Assembly: GCA_016840095.1 (NCBI GenBank)
Contig: JAEOSZ010000024.1
Span: 1-64,000 of the forward strand
Length of the DNA: 64,000 nucleotides
Direction of reading: 5' to 3'
DNA from: Candidatus Heimdallarchaeota archaeon
GTDB lineage: Archaea; Asgardarchaeota; Heimdallarchaeia; Heimdallarchaeales; Heimdallarchaeaceae
Shown here: one piece after another, positions 38,110 to 48,295 of the stretch
Layout: the number at the start of each line of letters is the position of its first letter
Position numbering within the stretch: the first letter of the stretch is position 1
Program-made: the position numbers and the translations under genes
The notes under the pieces: model-generated
What the model was told of the DNA's origin: nothing
The model's input: the letters and a program-made list of their open reading frames with translations, nothing else
Database searches by the model: none

Positions 38110-38598
38110 ATGTCAGAAAATGATGAATCTCTCAAGAAAAGAATAGCAGATATAGAGGTGAAATTAGATTCTTATCACGAAAAATTAGATCATCTCATTC
38201 TCCAAAATAATAATTTGAAACATCAGTTATCTGATAGTGATCCAGAACTAAAACAAGTTGTTGAGATTCAAACTAAACTGCTAAATTCTCTTCTTAATGC
38301 AGCTAAAATGCCGAATTTTGTTTCCGAAGAATCTTCTATAGCTGATAAATATTTAGAGAAATTTCCCTATCTAAAATACGATTCTATCTCTAAAGCTATC
38401 ATTATTGCATTAGAGAGGAAAGAGAGATTAAACATATCACAATTAACTGAAGAAGTTAGAAAAGAAAGAGGTTCTGCTTCTAGAAGAATTGTTCGTGAGA
38501 GAGTTGACGTGCTTATCGAGAAAGGAATCATAGATGAAATTGATTCAGGTTATGGGAGACAACTTGAATTAATACATCCAGAAGAAGATAAAGAATAA
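38110..38598 (+). CDS. Coiled-coil + winged-HTH putative transcription regulator
   Basis: LNISQLTEEVRKERGSASRRIVRERVDVLIEKGII wHTH pattern. Confidence 0.7.
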   Translation: MSENDESLKKRIADIEVKLDSYHEKLDHLILQNNNLKHQLSDSDPELKQVVEIQTKLLNSLLNAAKMPNFVSEESSIADKYLEKFPYLKYDSISKAIIIALERKERLNISQLTEEVRKERGSASRRIVRERVDVLIEKGIIDEIDSGYGRQLELIHPEEDKE

Positions 38599-38601
38599 AA
38601 A

Positions 38602-39552
38602 TTACTTCCATACTTCTTTCATAACCCTCATGAAATTTTCTGACTTAATTTTATCTAAATCTTTATTGTCATATCCATTTTTTTCTAAAGACTCAACTAG
38701 AATAGGAAAATGACTCACATCTTTTATTATATCAGGTACAATTGCACCATCATAGTCAGAACCAAAACTGACATGGTTTATCCCAACTAGCTTTACAATA
38801 TAATCAATATGCTTTCTTATATCCTCTAGCTGAATCTGGTCTTTCTTCTTTTCGCTAGACAAAAACGATGCGCAAAAATTAATTCCTATAGTCCCGTTTG
38901 TTTCAGCGATGGCTTTTATCTGTTCATCCTTCAGATTTCTTGGATGATTACAAATAGAATATGCATTACTGTGTGAAGCTATTATTGGCTTATTTGTTTG
39001 TTCAATGACATCCCAGAAGGATCTTTCATTCAAATGACTAACATCAACTATAATCCCAATTTTGTTCAATTCATTTACTAGTTCTTTTCCAGTTTCTGTC
39101 AAACCTCTATCTTGATTGTAACTTTCTCCGGTTAGCATATTGAAGGTAACACCAGTAGCAAATCTGTTAAGGTTAGACCAGCTTAAACCAATGCTCCTAA
39201 GGCCTAATCTATAATAGTTTCTTAATGAGAGGAACTCACTATCTATCCCTCCAGAACCTTCGAAATGTAAAACAGCTCCAATTTTGTTTTCATTTTTACA
39301 CTTTTCTAAATCTTCTATTGATTTAACTTGTTTCAATTGATTTTCTTCTTGTTCAAGCAGAGAAAACCAATAGTCTACTCCTCTATAGATATCAAAGTCA
39401 CTCCGAGCAGGAAAAACTGCAAAGAAGGCAGCTATAACATTACCCTTTCTCAATCTTGGAAGATCCACATGACCTATCTCAGATTCTTCAGAAAATTTTC
39501 TCCTCTCTCTTGCTAAAGCCCAGATTACATCAGTGTGTCCATCAACAATCAT
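38602..39552 (-). CDS. Membrane dipeptidase (peptidase M19)
   Basis: DGHTD, GHVDLPRL, EG, VDVSH, ASHSN, HPRN, GSDYDG. Confidence 0.93.
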   Translation of the reverse strand: MIVDGHTDVIWALARERRKFSEESEIGHVDLPRLRKGNVIAAFFAVFPARSDFDIYRGVDYWFSLLEQEENQLKQVKSIEDLEKCKNENKIGAVLHFEGSGGIDSEFLSLRNYYRLGLRSIGLSWSNLNRFATGVTFNMLTGESYNQDRGLTETGKELVNELNKIGIIVDVSHLNERSFWDVIEQTNKPIIASHSNAYSICNHPRNLKDEQIKAIAETNGTIGINFCASFLSSEKKKDQIQLEDIRKHIDYIVKLVGINHVSFGSDYDGAIVPDIIKDVSHFPILVESLEKNGYDNKDLDKIKSENFMRVMKEVWK

Positions 39553-39603
39553 ATTGTGATTAAATCAATATAGCAGATAAAAGTTTTTTCTCCAAAAGAA
39601 GGT

Positions 39604-40434
39604 TTAGATATATTTTAGTTTCTTTAAAACGAGAAGTACAGTTAAAGTTGTAGTTGCATCAAAATCTTCTCCATCTTCTGATTCCCATTTTCCATCAAGT
39701 GTTTGTCTAGTAATCAGTACATTAACTAATCGAGTAACAAAACTGTGGTTTTCCAATCCTGCATTGATGAAGCTTTCAATCATCCAGACCAATGAAGAAG
39801 AAGGATAATTATCTAGATTGAATGTTTGAAGCATTTCCAGTCCTCTTCGAGATATCGAATCATCTTCTCCTTTAATCGCAATAAAAGATGGAACAGCATT
39901 CCATAAAGCATGAGGATAGCTCTTCAATCCAGCATCATCTCTCCAATTCCTTGATAAATAGTCAATTCCTTTCAACAAGAAATCTCTGTAAGAATCATCA
40001 CCCATTCCTAATAAAAAGTTGATTACTATTGCTGTACAGTAAATCCTGTTAGGATCAGTCCCTGGAGTTTCCCATATTGAAGGTTCAAAATTCTTAATGC
40101 TTTGGGGTTCTTCAAAGAATCCATCTTCATGTTGATTCATCAAAAGAAAATTAACAACACTATATAGATAGTCCTTAATTTCTTCTTTCATATCTAAGAT
40201 AAGAAAATCTTTGAAAAAAGTTATAGATGGACCAATAGTACTAAGAGATCCTATTCTCATTCTAAAAGGGATACCTCCATCTGAGTTCTGAAGTTCAAGA
40301 TGTTCAAGTAAAAGATCCTGTGTGTCAGAATTTTCTCCAAGCATTAAAGCTAATTTTAGTAGATCTCCATCTTTCCCTTTGTTTCGAATAAACTCTATTG
40401 CTTTTGAAGAATCAATCTGTAGATCACTCATCAC
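39604..40434 (-). CDS. Prenyltransferase/squalene-oxidase repeat (alpha-alpha barrel) protein
   Basis: QW-like repeats QNSDGG, QHEDGFF, QTLDGKW. Confidence 0.7.
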   Translation of the reverse strand: MMSDLQIDSSKAIEFIRNKGKDGDLLKLALMLGENSDTQDLLLEHLELQNSDGGIPFRMRIGSLSTIGPSITFFKDFLILDMKEEIKDYLYSVVNFLLMNQHEDGFFEEPQSIKNFEPSIWETPGTDPNRIYCTAIVINFLLGMGDDSYRDFLLKGIDYLSRNWRDDAGLKSYPHALWNAVPSFIAIKGEDDSISRRGLEMLQTFNLDNYPSSSLVWMIESFINAGLENHSFVTRLVNVLITRQTLDGKWESEDGEDFDATTTLTVLLVLKKLKYI

Positions 40435-40473
40435 TAGTTAATAGATAAACTGATACTTAAACCTAATGAGAAA

Positions 40474-41211
40474 TCATCTTTCTTCTTTTATTTTTAATTT
40501 TTTAATCATTTTATCTGCAGCTGCACGTTTAGCTGATTTCCTATTTGACCCTTTTCCTGAACTTAAATACTCTTTATCTCCAATTTTTGCTTTACATTGC
40601 ATTAGGAATTTTGGTTCATGGTCTTCACCTTCTCTTGCTATGAGAGAGTACTCTGGAAGAGCTAATCCCTCTTTTTGGAAAAATTCTTGGAGTTGATTAA
40701 TTGGGTTAAGTTCACAAACTGTTAGTTTTAGTATTCTTTCTCTTCCTTTTTCATCATTGATTTCATTCTTGAAATGTTTTAATCTTTGGAGGAAGAGTTC
40801 GTAGAAGAAATCTCTTGTAATATCAACACCTTTTGAAAGATAAAATGCACCAAAAATAGCTTCTAAACTATCTTCAAGATCTGTTTCAACTATTCTATAA
40901 TTTGGTTCAGTTCTAAGTTTTTTAGCAATTCCCAATTCTTTCCCTACTTCAGCCAAAGTATTTGTTCTAACTAATAGAGAACGGAGTTGTGAAAGAATTC
41001 CTACATCTTCATCAGTTTCATTATAGAGCCATTCAGCAGTTAAAGTATCAAGTATAGAATCACCTAGAAATTCCAGTCTTTCGAAGTTCTTAACAGGTTC
41101 AGGCTGTTGATGATAATTGGGATGAGTCAAAGCTTCCAATAAAAGAGCTGTATCTATATTCCAATCTAGAATTTTGCTATTTTCTAAATCTATTTTCTTA
41201 GATTTATTCAT
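40474..41211 (-). CDS. rnc: Ribonuclease III (catalytic domain + dsRBD)
   Basis: ALTH, ERLEFLGDSIL signature, D..EA..GA.YL, dsRBD NP..QLQE...P.Y...G.G.NRK.A...AA. Confidence 0.93.
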   Translation of the reverse strand: MNKSKKIDLENSKILDWNIDTALLLEALTHPNYHQQPEPVKNFERLEFLGDSILDTLTAEWLYNETDEDVGILSQLRSLLVRTNTLAEVGKELGIAKKLRTEPNYRIVETDLEDSLEAIFGAFYLSKGVDITRDFFYELFLQRLKHFKNEINDEKGRERILKLTVCELNPINQLQEFFQKEGLALPEYSLIAREGEDHEPKFLMQCKAKIGDKEYLSSGKGSNRKSAKRAAADKMIKKLKIKEER

Positions 41212-41261
41212 TAAGATTCATAAATAATAGAGTTTTTAAATTCACTCCTTCGTTTATAAAT

Positions 41262-41720
41262 ATGGATTTTGCAAATCCCATAGATGAGTTAGAGTGGATC
41301 TATGGTTTATGGAAGGGTACTCTTCTGTCAGGTAAAGATGAATTTGAGTCTTATCTTACATGCAGGAGGATTGGTTCGGACATTATTGAACTTGCTCAAG
41401 TAAAGATTTTTGAAAATAAAGAAGAATTGATTTCCAGAAACTTTTTGTTTTTTGACAAAACAAAAGAACAAATAAAGTTTATTAGTTTCAACTCAGAAGG
41501 TTATATAGAAACCTCAAATATGATTCTGAATTCAAGGAATAAATATGCACATCTTAAAGGTAAATTTGAATCAGGATATAACTTACCTCCTAATATGAAT
41601 ATTATCAAGGAAATAAACTATACGCAAAACCCAAAACAGATTGAGTTCTTTATAAAAATGGGTTTAAATGAAGAAATAGTTGCTCATGGGACATACAACT
41701 TCTCAAAAAAACTACGTTAA
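41262..41720 (+). CDS. Hypothetical protein, possibly lipocalin/FABP-like beta-barrel
   Basis: N-terminal LEWIYGLWKG (GxW) and beta-rich pattern. Confidence 0.45.
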   Translation: MDFANPIDELEWIYGLWKGTLLSGKDEFESYLTCRRIGSDIIELAQVKIFENKEELISRNFLFFDKTKEQIKFISFNSEGYIETSNMILNSRNKYAHLKGKFESGYNLPPNMNIIKEINYTQNPKQIEFFIKMGLNEEIVAHGTYNFSKKLR

Positions 41721-41803
41721 TAGCAATCTCTTTGTTCTTTTAATTTCAATGAGAGTATCATAAATATTATTAGTCAAAAACACCTATTTGTTTACTGATA
41801 GTC

Positions 41804-42295
41804 TTGCCTAGGTATTTCAAAGTTTACTACTGTGAAAGAATAGCTGACGAAGTCTCAGAACATGTTGAGAATTTCCTAAATGATGTCTTTCAGATGCAAT
41901 TCAGATCAGTAGGTGTAAGAATCCCTCGACAAGTTGCTTGGAATAGTGAAAGAAACGCTTTTGATGCAAAAATATTACTAGAAAATGCCAAATCAGAAGG
42001 TCTTTCGTTCTTCTTATGGCTTATAGAAAAAACTCTAGTTTTGGATGGTCGATATGTCTTTGGTTATGCTGAAGCTATAAAAGGAACAATAGTTTCAACT
42101 TCTAGAATGGCTACTAGAACTCTAGTTGCGAAAGAAGTTGCATTTCATGTTGGGAAAGTCTTAGGTCTTCAACAATGTAAAGATAATTGTCTAATGAAAG
42201 AAACAACAAGTTTTGAAACACTTATTCAGAAACCTTCTGCTTTGTGTAATTCATGTATTGCTAAATTTAATCGAGTTAAGATAAGATATATCTGA
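41804..42295 (+). CDS. Archaemetzincin (M54) homologue with degenerate active site
   Basis: AWN..R..FDA, YVFG.A, VST.R, KE....G..LGL..C...CLM, K....C..C; the HExxHxxGxxH motif is replaced. Confidence 0.75.
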   Translation: MPRYFKVYYCERIADEVSEHVENFLNDVFQMQFRSVGVRIPRQVAWNSERNAFDAKILLENAKSEGLSFFLWLIEKTLVLDGRYVFGYAEAIKGTIVSTSRMATRTLVAKEVAFHVGKVLGLQQCKDNCLMKETTSFETLIQKPSALCNSCIAKFNRVKIRYI

Positions 42296-42372
42296 ATTAG
42301 TCAGCAGCTTTACTCAGAAAACTTTTAGTATGAATCAGTCATCCTTTTCATAAAACCACGTAGGAAATTCTA

Positions 42373-44328
42373 ATGGGTTCAGTCAATTTTCTAGAAGAAA
42401 TGTTGTTTCAAATAGATAATCAGATTCTTGAAAGAGATATCCTTGGAAGCAATGATATCTTACATAGTTTTAAGATTCTTGGCGGACTATATCTTGTTCA
42501 TTGTTTAGAAAATTATAAAGTAATTGAACCAGCTTTATCCTTCAAAGAAAAAATCTTGAAAGCTTCTGATATACTTCCATCAATAATTGATACAAGTATA
42601 CTAGAAGATTACTCCAAAATTTATCAAACCATTAATAACACCAAAAAGAGATTTGGAGCGGAAACTAGTGTAGATCCGCTTGGAGAGATCTATCAAGGTA
42701 TATTGACTAAGACAGATAAACAAGGACAAGGAATTATATTTACTCCTATTTCAGTAATCAAATATATTCTCCATCAATTAGGATACCCAAATAAATCTAC
42801 AATAGAAAACAATCAGAATATCATTGACCTATCATCAGGGTCAGGTTTGTTTCTTGCTCAAGCTGTTAAATTGATAATGAAAGATAATCTTGAAACTAAA
42901 TCTATTGTTGATATAATCAAATATATTCAAGAAAATGTTGTTGGATTTGATGTTGATCCTATTGCAGTTTTTATTTCAAAATTTAATTTAGCTCTAACAA
43001 TAATTAATGAAGCTGAAGGTAAAATTGGTAGTGGTTCATCCTTTATTCCAAATATTCATCACACAAATTCATTGAACACGAAAGCCAAAAAGGAAATTTC
43101 TGATGTTAAAACAGCTAAACTGCAACTTTATGATTTTGTTGTTGGTAATCCACCATATATTGAAGCTAAACGGATGGATCCCAAAACAAAGAATCTTTGC
43201 TTACAAAATTTTCCCAAAGCTGCAAGAGCTCATTTTGATGTTTATTCTTGCTTTGTAGAACTGGGAATAGATATGTTAAAAGCTAAAGGAAAACTAGGAT
43301 ATATAATTCCTAGTAAATTTCTTAGTTCAAGATATTCAAAAGAAATGAGAAGATATCTACTTGAGAATCACCTTATATCTGAAATCGTAGATTTGACTCA
43401 TCAAAAAGTGTTCCAACCAGCTGTTTACCCGATTATTCTCCTATTAGATAAGAGTAATCAAGAGAAAAATACAATCAAACTGGCGCACAATGTTACCTAT
43501 GACGAGTTACTTACCGAGAACATTCATTCAAAAATTATGAGCATTGATTCTACAGTTTTCAGTAAAACCACGAATAAAACAATCTTTCTTCCAGATTTTA
43601 TCTCTCTCTCAATCATTGAAAAAATATTAAGCAGAGCTGATTTTACTCTAGGAGACTTGATAAAGTTTAGATGGTCAATATCTTTTCATAGAAAGGGATT
43701 AAGAGAGCATTTTGTTTTTGATAAACCCATAAGTGACAAATCTAAGAAATTTCTTGGGGGAAAACCATTTGGTGGAAACAGAGAAGTAGAAAGGTACGGT
43801 ATAAATTGGAAAGGATTTTACCTTGAATATGACCATGACAAAGCCAAAGGAATGAAAAACAATTTTCCTAAAATTGAAATCTTTACTTCGAAAAAGATAA
43901 TCATTTGCCAACATGCCTTGAGAATGAGAGCAACTTTAGATGAGACAGGCTTTGTTTGTAAAGATATCTTCCTGTTAGGTCATTTAAAGCAAGAAGCTAG
44001 AGATTTAGGAATTAGTCTTGAATTTATTTTGTCATTATTAAATTCAGAACTATTCAGTTATCTTTATTCGATCATGTACTCTAGTACTGAAATAACTGGA
44101 AAATACCTTCATTACCTACCAATGTATCTGCATGATTTACCTTTCATTTTCCCAGAGAATAATCTGAAAGAAGAGCTCCACGATAAAGTAAAGATATTGC
44201 TTGAAGAAAAGCATCTAATTCCTTCAATTGATTCAGAAATTGATAATCTTGTTTACGTTTTATTTCAATTAGATGAAAAAGAGAGAAAATGTGTAAAAAG
44301 ACATATAAGTCAATATCTTGTGAAATAA
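42373..44328 (+). CDS. N6-adenine DNA methyltransferase (Eco57I/TaqI-like), orphan
   Basis: LGEIYQ, GIIFTP, DLSSGSG, VVGNPPY, GKLGYIIP, LSLLNS, EIDNLVY.LF.L. Confidence 0.9.
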   Translation: MGSVNFLEEMLFQIDNQILERDILGSNDILHSFKILGGLYLVHCLENYKVIEPALSFKEKILKASDILPSIIDTSILEDYSKIYQTINNTKKRFGAETSVDPLGEIYQGILTKTDKQGQGIIFTPISVIKYILHQLGYPNKSTIENNQNIIDLSSGSGLFLAQAVKLIMKDNLETKSIVDIIKYIQENVVGFDVDPIAVFISKFNLALTIINEAEGKIGSGSSFIPNIHHTNSLNTKAKKEISDVKTAKLQLYDFVVGNPPYIEAKRMDPKTKNLCLQNFPKAARAHFDVYSCFVELGIDMLKAKGKLGYIIPSKFLSSRYSKEMRRYLLENHLISEIVDLTHQKVFQPAVYPIILLLDKSNQEKNTIKLAHNVTYDELLTENIHSKIMSIDSTVFSKTTNKTIFLPDFISLSIIEKILSRADFTLGDLIKFRWSISFHRKGLREHFVFDKPISDKSKKFLGGKPFGGNREVERYGINWKGFYLEYDHDKAKGMKNNFPKIEIFTSKKIIICQHALRMRATLDETGFVCKDIFLLGHLKQEARDLGISLEFILSLLNSELFSYLYSIMYSSTEITGKYLHYLPMYLHDLPFIFPENNLKEELHDKVKILLEEKHLIPSIDSEIDNLVYVLFQLDEKERKCVKRHISQYLVK

Positions 44329-44381
44329 CTTAAGTTATCATTTGAGCCAGAAAATAATCCATTGACTAAATAGGGATTAAA

Positions 44382-46502
44382 ATGTCAAATAAAGAAAAAC
44401 CACCTGAAAAAAATGAGTTGAATACAAAAAATGGTTTTTCTAAAAGAATGAAAGAATTTGGTTCTAAACAGATTGAAAAGATAAAAGAAACTTCAAATCA
44501 TCTTCAAGAAAAAATTCTAAAGGGATTGGGGAAGTTTTGGGTGTGGTTTAAGGCAAAAAGCAAAGAAGCTTGGGAATTCTTAAATGAATATGTTTTTCAT
44601 TATTACACTCCCTTAGGTTTTATATTACTGTTTGAATACTACATATTCATTTGGCCAATTTTGAAATTTTTCAAATATTTCTTTCTCATCCTTTATCCAC
44701 CTAGATTAAGGAGATTTACAAAAGAGAAACTTAAAGCTTTGTGGCATAAATTGCAAACTAAAGTGTTCCCACTTTTAATGAGAGCTTCTTTCATTATTCT
44801 ATCTGTACTATTTACTATAGTTTCCGCAGTAGGAAAGTTTAGCTTGACTGTTTTTGATATATTTGTCCCAAGAGGTTTAAGAGAGTTGGTTCCCTTACTA
44901 CAAATGTATAGAAAATATCTTCTTACTGCAGCAAATTTTCTTTCAGGTCAAAAATCCAAAGAAATTCTGGAAGTCTCTCAGGAGCTTGATGAGATAGTTA
45001 AGAAAGAGAGACAAATGATGAAAGCTTACCCTATGAGACGAGCTTTTGGAGAAGTCATCAATGTAGCTATTGGTACTCCATTGATTATTATAGCTATCCC
45101 AACAATAATTGTAAGAATATTCAAAATAGGATATGCAGTCTTCTTTTTCTCTTTCCCCCATTTATCAACACTAGGACCTTTGGGTGCCCCCAATTTATTC
45201 AAAAATCTTGATCTAATTTATATTTTCGAACATTGGTTTAATCTCAAACCTATATGGACAATAACTCTCTTTGGTACTGGTCTTCTTGTTGTTTCTTGGA
45301 TAGCAACAATTTTTGGTCCAATTTATGCATTATTTCATCAGTGTAGTCTATATCTTATGAGATGGGGAGCTTATAGATGGGCAAACATATACAGAAGTCT
45401 TGAAAACTTCTTTTCTCTGCCATATCATGCAGCTAAATCTTCTTTTAGCTTTTTTGATGCACCACCTGTTTCTACGGAAACAATGGTTGACTTTAGATTA
45501 GAAATCACGGAGGAAGTAACCGCTATGAAAGAGAAAGTTCAACAACTGCTTACTCTTGATTCAAGAAAAGTTCCAGATAGATCTAAAGGGAATCTTGAAA
45601 GTTTGTTAAACGAAGCGGAACTCTCACTAAACGAATTAGATATATCCAAAATTACTAGCCAAACTGGAAGAATCTTTGCTCTATTAATTTGGGATAATGA
45701 ATCCTCTGCTATACCTTGGATCAGACAAGAAGCAAAAATTAGATTTGCCAAGAAAAATGATATGAGCAGAAAAGAAGTTAATAAAGCTTTCAAAGTTATT
45801 CTCAAAAAAATAGATGAAGGATATATTAGTGAAGATCTCTTCTCCTCAGTTCTTATAACTGGAGCCCTCAAAGGAGTAGCTAAGCAACAGACAAAATATG
45901 AGCAGATCATGCCAGATGTAGAATATCACAAACTTGCTATCTCTTTAGCTCTTGGTGCTCAACAATACATCAAAGATGAATTTACAGGTATTCCATGGTA
46001 TATTAAATATGGTAAAAAACTAGCTGTGTTGATTGTTGCACCTTTAATGCCTTTTGTGATGTTGTTTTACATCTTCTACAGATATATTAGACATATTCTA
46101 GTTTCATTCTTCACAACTATTCTATCAATAGGTACAAGAAAAACTATTAGATTTTTCTCACACAGATTTAAAGAAATATCTGAAACTCTTACTACAACTT
46201 ATGATTCTGTTAGACAAAGGGGGAGATCCTTTAGTTTCAAGGAAGATCTTAACATTGATTTTGTTTCAATTTTCAAGACTGGTTTAATCTTTCTCATCAA
46301 ACTTATTCCAATGATAATATGGTTATTCTTTAAGGGAATCTATAATTTCATAAGTCCAATCTGGACAAGAAGAAGTTTAGAAGAAAAACAACAAAGATCC
46401 TTTGAAAGAGATTTAACTACAGAATCTCTAATTGCAATGTACGAAGAAATATATGACAAATTATTGATAACAGATTTACTTCTAACTCGTGAAACTGTTT
46501 GA
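44382..46502 (+). CDS. Uncharacterised multi-pass membrane protein, family member 2
   Basis: Same motif series as 28190-29905; extra N-terminal amphipathic/TM extension. Confidence 0.8.
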   Translation: MSNKEKPPEKNELNTKNGFSKRMKEFGSKQIEKIKETSNHLQEKILKGLGKFWVWFKAKSKEAWEFLNEYVFHYYTPLGFILLFEYYIFIWPILKFFKYFFLILYPPRLRRFTKEKLKALWHKLQTKVFPLLMRASFIILSVLFTIVSAVGKFSLTVFDIFVPRGLRELVPLLQMYRKYLLTAANFLSGQKSKEILEVSQELDEIVKKERQMMKAYPMRRAFGEVINVAIGTPLIIIAIPTIIVRIFKIGYAVFFFSFPHLSTLGPLGAPNLFKNLDLIYIFEHWFNLKPIWTITLFGTGLLVVSWIATIFGPIYALFHQCSLYLMRWGAYRWANIYRSLENFFSLPYHAAKSSFSFFDAPPVSTETMVDFRLEITEEVTAMKEKVQQLLTLDSRKVPDRSKGNLESLLNEAELSLNELDISKITSQTGRIFALLIWDNESSAIPWIRQEAKIRFAKKNDMSRKEVNKAFKVILKKIDEGYISEDLFSSVLITGALKGVAKQQTKYEQIMPDVEYHKLAISLALGAQQYIKDEFTGIPWYIKYGKKLAVLIVAPLMPFVMLFYIFYRYIRHILVSFFTTILSIGTRKTIRFFSHRFKEISETLTTTYDSVRQRGRSFSFKEDLNIDFVSIFKTGLIFLIKLIPMIIWLFFKGIYNFISPIWTRRSLEEKQQRSFERDLTTESLIAMYEEIYDKLLITDLLLTRETV

Positions 46503-46558
46503 TTTTCCCTTTTGATAGTTACGCAACTTTAAAATTTACCTTTGATATTGTTTATGTA

Positions 46559-48295
46559 ATGGCTTTTTCAGAGAGTGAGAACAAGTCTAAGAAAGTAGAT
46601 GAAGAAGTGGATGAAGAAACCACAGAAGAAACTCCTGAATCCAAAGAAAAGGATAAAAACGAGAAATCTAAGGATAGGAAAATATCATTCACTATTTTAT
46701 CAATTCTAATCACCATAATTTCAGTAAGTGCAAAATTTGCATTGGTAATTTTTGATATCTTTATCCCAAAAGCTTTGCGTGAATATGTTCCGTTCTTTAA
46801 TATGATTAGAAAAATAACTCTTCCAGTCTCTGAAATAATGGCAGGAAAGAAATCAAAAGAAATTTCTGAAGTTGCAAATGAGTTAGACGAACTATCTCTG
46901 AGAGAGAACAAAGTCATGAAAAACTATCCATTAAGAAGAACAATTGGTCAAGCAATGAGTATGGGAATTTCACCCATAATCTTGGTATTAATTCCAACAA
47001 TAATTTGGGGGGAGGGAATTGTGAACATGGTTAAAGCACAATGGCCAGCTTTGCCAACAGCTATCATAATTATTGGAATGGGAACTATAATGTTACTTAT
47101 ATCATGGCTAGTAACTTTATTTGGTCCTCTCTATGTAGTATTTCATAATTCTAGTAAATATTTACTTAAGATGGGAGCTTATAGATGGGCTTCTATCTAT
47201 CAAGACTTAGAAAATTTCTTTGCTATACCCTATTATGCTGCAAAGTCATCATTTTCGTTCTTTGACGCACCTCCAATTTCTAGTGAAACTCTAGAGGAAT
47301 TCAAGCTGGATATAAAGGAGGAAATAGATACTGTAAAAGAGAAAGTTGAAGGCTTATTAGCTTTGGATACTAAAAATGTCCCAGAAAGATCAAAACAGGA
47401 ACTAGAAAAACTTCTCAAGAAAATCGATATACCTATAACAGAATTTGATTTAGCTAAAGTTAAGGATTCTACTTCTAGAACATTTGCACTATTAATCTGG
47501 AGTAAGGAACAGTCTATTCTTCCTTGGAGAAGAAAAGAAGCTTTAGAACGATTTGCTGTAAGAAATCAGTTGACTCCAGAAAAAGCTGAAGAAGCATTCT
47601 ATACCTTAAATAGAAAAAGGAAAGAAGAAGGAATAGAAGAAGAAACAATCAAGTCAATTTTAATTACAGGTGCTTTGAAAGGAATTGAAAAACAAGAGGA
47701 GAAATACAAACAAATCATTACTGATATAGAAATTAACAAGCTAGCAATATCACTTGCTTTGGGTACAGAACAGTATTTGGAAGACATTTATCGTACTTTA
47801 CCAAAATTCGTTGTTGTTTTGAAAGCAATTGGAGTTTCAATACTAGCCATTTTGATGCCATTTCTATTAATTGTACTAGCAATCTTACTATATATAAAAC
47901 ACATAATATTTACTTTAGTCAAAACTATTTTCTCAAGAGGTACCATACAAATACACAAGTATATTGGTAAGAGATTTTCAGAAATCAAAGGTAATCTGAT
48001 CGAAACTTATCAATCAGTTAAGAAGAAAGGTAAAGAATTCAGTTTCAAAGAAGATTTGAATTTCAATTTCAAAAATTCTTTCATAATTTTTAGTAAATTT
48101 TTCCTTAAATTCTTATTAGCATTGATCAAATTAGTAACTTTATGGCCATTCTGGAAAGCTCTCTATATCCGAATTGTCAAACTTATTCAAAGAAGAAGAC
48201 CTGAGAATAAAATGAGAAAAATGTTTGAAAAAGAACTTACAACAGAATCTCTAGTTTTTATGTATCAGGAGATTTATGAGAAGTTTATTGTTTAA
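46559..48295 (+). CDS. Uncharacterised multi-pass membrane protein, family member 3
   Basis: Same motif series. Likely start ATG 46559 (TTTAAAA about 25 nt upstream); acidic N-terminal tail. Confidence 0.8.
   Translation: MAFSESENKSKKVDEEVDEETTEETPESKEKDKNEKSKDRKISFTILSILITIISVSAKFALVIFDIFIPKALREYVPFFNMIRKITLPVSEIMAGKKSKEISEVANELDELSLRENKVMKNYPLRRTIGQAMSMGISPIILVLIPTIIWGEGIVNMVKAQWPALPTAIIIIGMGTIMLLISWLVTLFGPLYVVFHNSSKYLLKMGAYRWASIYQDLENFFAIPYYAAKSSFSFFDAPPISSETLEEFKLDIKEEIDTVKEKVEGLLALDTKNVPERSKQELEKLLKKIDIPITEFDLAKVKDSTSRTFALLIWSKEQSILPWRRKEALERFAVRNQLTPEKAEEAFYTLNRKRKEEGIEEETIKSILITGALKGIEKQEEKYKQIITDIEINKLAISLALGTEQYLEDIYRTLPKFVVVLKAIGVSILAILMPFLLIVLAILLYIKHIIFTLVKTIFSRGTIQIHKYIGKRFSEIKGNLIETYQSVKKKGKEFSFKEDLNFNFKNSFIIFSKFFLKFLLALIKLVTLWPFWKALYIRIVKLIQRRRPENKMRKMFEKELTTESLVFMYQEIYEKFIV

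Noticed and set aside
39604-40434. Squalene-hopene/oxidosqualene cyclase
   Set aside because: Too short (276 aa) and lacks the DxDD/DCTAE catalytic motif.
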